Shown one piece after another: positions 38,701-47,700 of a stretch of 64,000 bases of DNA (positions are counted from its first letter, which is position 1; each line of letters begins with the position of its first letter). The stretch lies in contig CAXVYR010000002.1 in assembly GCA_963666975.2 (NCBI GenBank), forward strand, positions 378,244-442,243, in the 5' to 3' direction. Position numbers and translations under genes: made by a program. The notes below the pieces were generated by a model that ran no database searches, was not told the DNA's origin, and saw nothing but the letters and a program-made list of their open reading frames with translations. Source of the DNA: Terriglobia bacterium (lineage in GTDB: Bacteria; Acidobacteriota; Terriglobia; 2-12-FULL-54-10).

Positions 38701-41700
38701 TGCTCAGTCCCAGAGCGTCGTTGCCCACCGCGTCCCGGATCGGTCGCGTCCCCGGACTGTAGTTCACTCGAATCCCCGTGTCCCCGTGCTCCGCCGCCGG
38801 ATCGAGCGTCAGGGTCACCACGCTTCCGCTTACCGATACTGCGGAAACGCTTCGCCCGGTACCCCCCACCTCCACCGTGAAGTCTCCCGTCCCCGGCCTC
38901 GAACCACCGTCGAGAGCCTCGCCATAGGTCAGCGTCAGAGAGGAGCCATCCACCGCCGCGCTCAGAAACGCCGGCCGGACCCCGTCCACCTTATGCCCCG
39001 CCTGCGGCGCCACCGCTTCATGGTCCAGCACCGCATCATTGTCCGCCTCGTCCTTGATCGTCCCGCCGTTCCGGTCAATGCGGCCGGCAGCAATGCTCAC
39101 TCCATCGGTGTCTTCGTCCCCCAGGGCCACCTCGTAGCTGAACACCAGCGCCGCCGCGCCACTGCCTCTCAGGTAGCCGGCCGTCCGGTTCCTGCTCCCC
39201 ACTCTCAGCCGCATTCGCGGCGTCCTCGTCACTACCACCGTCTCATCGAAGGTCACCGTCACCTCGATCTCGTCCTCCGCCGCATAGATCTGATCCCCCC
39301 CGGGGTTCGAGGTGATGGCCAGACTGCTCACTGTCGGTGAGGTCGTGTCCGGGGTGTCGTTGGTCACCGGCTCGCGGCTGAGCGCCTCCGCATCGTTTCC
39401 CGGCACATCCTGGATCGGGTTGGCCCCCGGCGTATAGCTCACTTGGATCCCTGCCTCCCCGTGCTCGGCCCCCACATCCAGGGTCAGCTCCACCGCACTC
39501 CCGTTCACTCGAACTCCGGTGACCGTCCGCACCCGATCGCCCCCCGACACCGTGAAGTCCCCCGACACAGGCCTCGATCCCCCATCGAGCGCCTCATCAT
39601 AGGTCAGCGTCAGTCTTGTCCCGTCCACTACCGCTCCGCCGCTGGCGTCCAGCCGCGGCCTGACCCCGTCCACCTTGTGCCCCGAGTCGGCGGCCAGCCC
39701 GTCATGGTCCAGCTCCGCATTGTTGCGGGCTTCGTCCCGGATGGTCCCGCCCGACAGGCTGTCGGCCTCGATGCCCATTCCATCCGTGTCGCTTTCCCCG
39801 TCGGCCACTTTGTAGGCAAAGACCAGAGCCGCTGTTCCCGACCCTCCTTCATAGTCCGCCGTTCGCCTCCCTCCCCCCAGCTCCAGCCTCAACTGCGGCG
39901 TCCCCGTCACCTCCACCGTCTCGCTGAAGGTCACCGTCACCTGAATCTCATCATCGACCGCGTAGGTCCGGTCCGTCCCAGGATCCGAGGTGATCGCCAC
40001 CCTGCTCACCGTCGGAGCGGTATCATCCACATCCTGCAGCCTGACCGTGAACGCAACCTCCACCGCATTGAACCCATCGCTCACCTGCACCGTGACCTCG
40101 TAATCCCCATCCCCATTACTGTCGTCCGGTTCCTCGTAGTCCTTCGCCGCCGTGAACGCCAGCCTGCCGCCAGCCATCAGCGTGAAGTGGCTCCGGTCAT
40201 TCCCGCCCGTGATATCCCACACCAGGTCCTCGGTGCGGTCATCCTCGTCCGTCGCCAGCAGCGTCGCCACCACCGTCTCGTTCTCCGCCACGGGAATCAG
40301 GGCGGCCGTCGTTATCACCGGCGTCGCGTCGTCATCGGTGATCGTCAGCGTCTCGTCCGATGGCCCCGTCACCCCCTCGCTGTTGGTGGCCGTCCCCGTC
40401 ACCATCACCGTCTTGTTGGGTGCGTCCACACCATTGTTGTTGGCGGTGATCGTCACGGTTCCCGTGCTGGCGGCCTGACCGGCTCCGATCGTCAGCGTCT
40501 TGTTCATGCTCAGCGTGAAATCCCCCGACACGGCCGGGGTGACGGCCGTGGCGGACACGGTCACCGTCGTCGTCTCACCCGACGTATGGCTCAGCCTCGC
40601 CGTCACGGTGGCGGACCCTCCGTTCTCGCTGATGGAGGTCGGCATCAACTGGAGCGTCACCGAGGGCGGAGCCCCCGTGGTGTTGGTCACCGACCGGTTG
40701 CTCAGTGCGAGCGCGTCGTTGCCCACCGCATCCCGGATCGGTCGCGTCCCCGGACTGTAGTTCACTCGAATCCCCGTGTCCCCGTGCTCCACCGCCGGAT
40801 CGAGCGTCAGGGTCACCACGCTTCCGCTTACCGATACTGCGGAAACGCTTCGCCCGGTACCCCCCACCTCCACCGTGAAGTCCCCCGGCGCAGGCCTCGA
40901 TCCCCCATCGAGCGCTTCCCCGTAGGTCAGCGTCAGAGAGGAGCCATCCACCGCCGCGCTCAGAAACGCCGGCCGGACCCCGTCCACCTTGTGCCCCGCC
41001 TGCGGCGCCACCGCTTCATGGTCCAGCACCGCATCATTGTCCGCCTCGTCCTTGATCGTCCCGCCGTTCCGGTCAATGCGGCCGGCAGCAATGCTCACTC
41101 CATCGGTGTCTTCGTCCCCCAGGGCCACCTCGTAGCTGAACACCAGCGCCGCCGCGCCACTGCCTCTCAGGTAGCCGGCCGTCCGGTTCCTGCTCCCCAC
41201 TCTCAGCCGCATTCGCGGCGTCCTCGTCACCACCACCGTCTCATCGAAGGTCACCGTCACCTCGATCCCGTCCCGCGCCGCATAAATCTGGTCAGATCCC
41301 GGATTCGAACTGATGGCCAAATTGCTCACCTCCGGTGAGGTCGTGTCCGGGGTGTCGTTGGTCACCGGCTCGCGGCTGACCGCCTCCGCATCGTTTCCCG
41401 GCACGTCCTGGATCGGGTTGGCCCCCGGCGTATAGCTCACTTGGATCCCTGCCTCCCCGTGCTCGGCCCCCACATCCAGGGTCAGCTCCACCGCACTCCC
41501 GTTCACTCGAACTCCGGTGACCGCCCGCACCCGATCGCCCCCCGACACCGTGAAGTCCCCCGACACAGGCCTCGATCCCCCATCGAGCGCCTCATCATAG
41601 GTCAGCGTCAGTCTTGTCCCGTCCACTACCGCTCCGCCGCTGGCGGCCAGCCGCGGCCTGACCCCGTCCACCTTGTGGCCCGAGTCGGCGGCCAGCTCGT

Positions 41701-44700
41701 CATGGTCCAGCTCCGCATTGTTGCGGGCTTCGTCCCGGATGGACCCGCCCGACAGGCTGTCGGCCTCGATGCCCATTCCATCCGTGTCGCTTTCCCCGTC
41801 GGCCACTTTGTAGGCAAAGACCAGAGCCGCTGTTCCCGACCCTCCTTCATAATCCGCCGTTCGCCTCCCTCCCCCCAGCTCCAGCCTCAACTGCGGCGTC
41901 CCCGTCACCTCCACCGTCTCGCTGAAGGTCACCGTCACCTGAATCTCATCATCGACCGCGTAGGTCCGGTCCGTCCCAGGATCCGAGGTGATCTCCAGCT
42001 TGCTTACGGTCGGCGATGTCGTATCCGGAGTTTCATTAGAGACGGGCACGTTGCTCAGTCGGTCCACGTCATTGCCCAGCACGTCCTGGAGCGGGCTCGT
42101 GCCCGTTCCGGTCGGCACCGTGTAGCTCACCCGGATCCCCGTCTCCCCGTGCTCCACCGCCGGGTCGACGGTCAGGAGCACCGCACTCCCGTTCAAAAAA
42201 ACGTCGGTGACCGTTCGAGATGTATCGCCCCCCGTTACCGTGAAGGCGCTCGCCAGCGGTGTCGAACTTCCGTCCAGCATCTCCCCATAGGTCAGCGTCA
42301 GCGTCGCTCCGTTCACCACCGTCGAGGAAAGCACCGGCGCGGTATCGTCTACATCCTGAAGCCTGACCGTAAACACGGCTTCCACCGGATTGAACCCATC
42401 GGTCACCTGCACGGCGACCTCGTAGTCGCCATCCCCGTCGCTGTCGTCCGGTTCCTCGTAGTCCGGCGCCGCTGCGAAGGTGAGCACCCCGTCCGCCGTC
42501 AGCCTGAATTTGTTCCGATCGTCGCCCCCCGTGATCCGCCACGTCAGATCCTCCGCCGGAAGGTCCGCGTCCGCCGCCGCGAGCGTCGCCACTGCCGTCT
42601 CGTTCTCCACCACAAGAATCAGGGAGGCTGTCGTGATCACCGGTGAGGCGTCGTCATCGGTGATCGTGATCGTCTGCTCAGCGCCGACCGTGCCACCCCC
42701 ATAACTTGCCGTGAGCAGGATCGTCTCGTTGTCGTCGTCCACCCGGTCGTCCATCGCCGTTACGGTGGTCGCGGCCGAGATCTGCCCTGCGGTGAGCGTG
42801 AGCATTTCCAATCCCACCGTGTAGTCCGTGCCCTTCGCCGCCGTGCCCGCAAAGGCCAGGGCGATCTTCTGATCCTCCGCGAAGGTGACGCCGTTGGTGA
42901 TACGCACCGTCACCGTCGAATTGCCGCCCGCCTCCACGATCGCCGATGGACCGACCTCCAGGGTCAACTCCGGCGCGGGGTCGTCATCCCTGATCGCCAA
43001 CGTCACAGCAGGCGGCGTCGTCACTCCTCGCATGTTGGTGGCCATCGCCGACACCGTCACCGTCTTGTTCGGATCGTACACGTTGTTATTCACCGCCTGC
43101 ACCGTCACCGTCCCGGTGCTGTCCAACTGGCCCGCCGGGATCGTCAGGGTCTGGTTCGTGCTCAGCATGAAGTCTTTCGATAACGTCGGATGCACCGCCG
43201 CCGCCGATACCGTAACCGTCGTCACGGCGCTTGACATTCGGTCCAGGCTCGCCGTTACCGTACTCACTCCGCCGTTCTCACCGATCGAGTCCGGCATCAG
43301 CTTCAGCACGACCACGCTCGTCGTGGGCATCACCGCTCTCACCGAAACCCGCGCACTGCGCACCGCTTCTCCGCCCTGGACCACGGCCGCCACCTGGTAG
43401 GTGTAGGTCACGCCGGTGATCACGCCGGTATCGGTGTGCTGGCGTCCATCAAGGTCTGCCGCTACGGTCTCGACGGCAGTCCCGTTGTCGCGGTAGAGGG
43501 TGTAGGTTACTTCCGGCGGCGGCGTCCACACGCTCGCGTCCACCGGGGTCCAGGCCAGCACCACCTGGGCCGCCCCGACCGTCGTCGTCAGGGTCGGTCC
43601 TTTCCGAAGCTGGCGGCCGAACTCCTGCCAGGACGCCATTCCTTGCCCATCGAAGTTCGTCTTCAATGCCGGGTACTGGTCGGCCGTTCCGAAGTCCCAG
43701 GGATTGTCGGAAACACCATCGCCGTCGAGGTCCACGTTCCATCTTTGGTAAATCCCGCTGTAGCTCGTGGGCGCCTGCAACTGCGCCGTCGTCCGTCCAG
43801 ACCCAGTCGTCTGTCCCGAGGTGCTCGTGTCCCAGTAGCTGGCGGTCACGGTACCGGTGGAACTGAACGACCGGGTGTTCCTCCCGACCAGCCCGCCCAC
43901 ATTGCTCTGGCCCGTCACGGGTCCCGTGGCGTAGCTGGCGGTGATGGTTATCCCGTTGCTGCCGACCAACCCGCCCACATTGTCATCGCCCGCGACCCAG
44001 CCCGTGGCGTAGCTGGCGGTGACAGCCGTGTCGTTCTCTCCGATCAGTCCGCCAACGTTGTTGCCGCCCGTCACCTCGACCGCGGCGTAGCTGGTAACAA
44101 CGGAGCTACCGTATGTCTGTCCCACCAACCCGCCGACATTATCACCCGTGCCGGACACCATGCCCGTGACGTAGCTGCCGATGATTGATGAGTTGTTGTC
44201 GGTTCCGGCCAGCCCCCCGACGTCACTGCTGCCCGACACCTCGACGTCGATCAGCCCGACATGGCGAATGACGCTCCCATACGAGGTCCGCCCGAACAGC
44301 CCCACATCGTCGGAGTCACGATCAATGAACAGATTGGCGATGGTGTGCCCGTTGCCCTCGAAGATCGCCCTGAAACCGGCTCGGAACACAATTACTCCGG
44401 GAGTCGAGGAACTGGTATCAGCGTCGATCGGTTCCCAGCCGGCGCCGGCGTTCCAGTACGTATCGCCCGAGTCGGCGCGCCCGTTGCGGTTGGTGTCGAA
44501 GTCTAGGTCCGCGCCAAGCTCATAGCCCACGCAGCCGGTCAGCCCGCCGCAAGCCTGCCGATCGCCGACGGTCGAAAACGCCGCCGCATACGCCGTCGCC
44601 CCGTCCGCCGTGGGCTCGCCGTCCCCGTCCAGGTCATGGCGGATGGCATTGAGTCGTACGAGCGTCGTGACCTCGATCAGCCCGTCGTCGTCCGCGTCGT

Positions 44701-47700
44701 AGTCGGTCGCACTCGACGGCCGCACCGTCACCGTAAACGTTTGCGTCCCGCTTGCCATGGACCCGTCCATGTCGGTCGCCGTCACCGTGATCGTCGCCGT
44801 GCCTGCCGCCACCGGCGTGATCGTCACCCGCGAACCCGACACGCTCACCGTCGCCACGCCCGTCGCCGACGAGGCGGCCGTATAGGTCAGCGTATCGCCC
44901 TCCGGGTCCTCGAACGCCTTGCCGACCTCAACACCCGCCGCATCGCCCGCATGCAGCCACCGGTCCGACAGCGTCCCGACCGGAAGCGGTGGTGAGTTGC
45001 CCGCTGTGTTCACTACGACCGTCGCGCTGCGCACCGGCTCGCCGCCGTCGACCACGGCCGCGACCTGATAGGTCAGGGTGGCGCCGGTCCGCGCCGTCGA
45101 GTCGGTATACAGCAGGACCCCGAGGTCCTCCGCCAGGGTCTCGACGGTGTCCCCGTCGGCGCGGGTGGCGGTATAGGTCACGTGCGGCGGCGGGGTCCAG
45201 GAGCCGGCATCGACATCGACAGCGGTCCAGGTCAGGTCCACCTGCGCCTGCCCTGCCGTCATCGTCGGCGTCACCGTCGGCGTCATCAGGGTCGGGCCGC
45301 TCCGTAACTGATAGCCGAACTCCTGCCAGGTTGCCGCCCCTTGCCCATCGACGTTCGCCTTCAGGACCGGATACTGCCTCCCCGTACCGAAGTGCCAGGC
45401 ATCGTTCGTGCCGTCGTCGTCCACGTCCACGTTCCAACTCCGGTAGATGCCGCTGTAGCCGGTGGGCGCCTTCAGTTGCGCCGTCGTCTTGCCAATCCCG
45501 AATGACCCGGATGTCTGTCCTGACGTGTTCGTATCCCAGTAGCTGGCGGTGATGATGGTGCTGTCGTCGCCGCTGTCGTATCCAACGAGGCCGCCGACAC
45601 CACGCGACGGTCCCGACACCCGACCCGTAGCGTAGCTGGAGTGGATCTCCCCGAGGACGAACGGCGCGTTCCCTGGGACGCCATTGGTGCCGACCAGCCC
45701 GCCGACACTGCCCTGTCCTGCGACGCTGCCCGTGGCATAGCTACCGACGATGCTCGCGTGGCTACGAATCGAACCGACAAACCCGTCATTGAAGTTCCAC
45801 CCGACCAGCCCGCCGACGTTACTGTCACCCACGACACGCCCTATCGCATAGCTGCCGCGGATCGCGCCGCCGTTGTACCCCACCAACCCGCCCGTTCCCC
45901 GATCCAAATCAGAGGTGCGCACGAAGTCCGGGGGCACCATTCCCGTGACCGTCGCAGAGCTGCGGGCCAAGGTGATGGTTCCCAGATTGGTCCCGACCAA
46001 TCCACCGACATGGACCTCGCCCGACACTTGGCCCGCCGACTGGACGCGGCTGACGATGCCGTGGTTCTCCCCGGCCAGCCCGCCGACACGCTGCTTGCCG
46101 GTCACGTCTACGTCGGTCAGCCTGACGTCGCGGACGACACCAGAGCGACCGATGGCACCGAACACCCCCGAGTGATCGTCCCGCGCAACGAACAGGTTCG
46201 AAAGCGCATGTCCGTTCCCATCGAATGTGGCCTGGAAGGCCCCCAACGCGGTCCCGAAGATTCGCCCTCTGGGGACGGCAATGGGCTCCCAGCCCTCGCC
46301 TGCGTTCCAGTAGGTATCGCCCGCATCGGCGCGGCCGTTTCCGTTGGTGTCGAAGTCCAGGTCGGCGAGCAGCTCATACCCCGAACAACCTTCGATGCCG
46401 CAGCCCAGCCGGTCGAAGGCGTCGGGGAACGCCTCCGTGTACGCCGCCGCATCGTCGTCCGCGACTATGCCATTACCATTCAGGTCATGGCGGATGGCGT
46501 CGAGCTGCGCCAGATTACTGATACCGATGAGTCCGTCGGCGTCGGCGTCGTAGTCGTTGCCAACCGTCACTACGAAGCGCTGCGACGCACTCATATTCGA
46601 CCCGCCGGCGTCGGTCGCCGTCACGGTGATAATCGTCCGTCCCGCAGTCCCCGGTGTGATCGTCAGCATGGATCCCGACCTGCTCAACGTGGCGACGGAT
46701 GTCAACGACGAGCTTGCCCCATACGTCAGCGTGTCGCTTTCTGGATCCTGGAAGGCCGCCGCGACGTCTACCTCGACCGCCATGGACCCCACTGTCAGCT
46801 GCCGATCTGCAATAATTCCCACCGATACCGGGGGCTGGTTCGCCCCGCCGGCGATCACCGACACCGGCGCACTGCGCGCCGCTTCGCCACCGTCCACCAC
46901 TGCAGCTACCCAGTATGTGTAGGGGTCGCTGATCGTCACGTCGGTGTCGGTGTGGGTGATTCCGGTGAGATTCGTCTCGATGGCTTCAATGGTGGTGCCA
47001 TCGTCGCGATAGAGGGTGTAGCTGACGTCCGGCGCCGGGCTCCAGGAACTCGTCGAAATCGCGTTCCAGCTGAGGACCACTTGGGCCTGGTTCGCCGTCG
47101 TCGCCGCCGTCAGCGTCAAGCTGTCGCGAACCTGGTAGCCGAACTCCTGCCACGTCGCTCGATTGTCGTCATTCAGGTCCAGCGACAGGGCCGGATATTG
47201 GGTCGTCGTCCCGAAATCCCAGGGCTCGTCGCCCACGCCATTGCTGAAAAGCGAACGGTTCAGATCCACATTCCACGCCGCGTAGATGCCGGTGTAGTCC
47301 GTCGGCGTTTGCAACTCCGCGGTAGTCTTCCCGCCCACGCCCAGCCGCTGCGATTCCGTACCGTCGATTACGCCATTGTCATTCTCATCGTCCTCACCCA
47401 CGCCTACGCGTACCCCGGAGGTCTCCAGGTCCCAGTAACCGGCCCGGACCCGGATATATTGCCCGCTCCCGACCAGCCCGCCGACCGCTACGTCGCCGGA
47501 GACCGCCCCCGTGGCATAACTCACCCGAATCACACCGCAGGAACTGCCGACCAGCCCGCCGACACCGCCGCCGGTGCTGGTCGTGGTTTCTGCGGGTCCG
47601 GATAAGGTGAAGCCTCCAACGAGATCACAAATGATGAACCCTGAGTCCGAATCCGTGAGTCGAGCTCCACGACCCGACACGTTCCCGGTGGCATAGCTGG

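Noticed and set aside
37826-47605. Long plus-strand ORFs (500-650 aa) opposite the giant gene
   Set aside because: Shadow frames rich in Arg, His and Pro; the minus frame carries all the domains.
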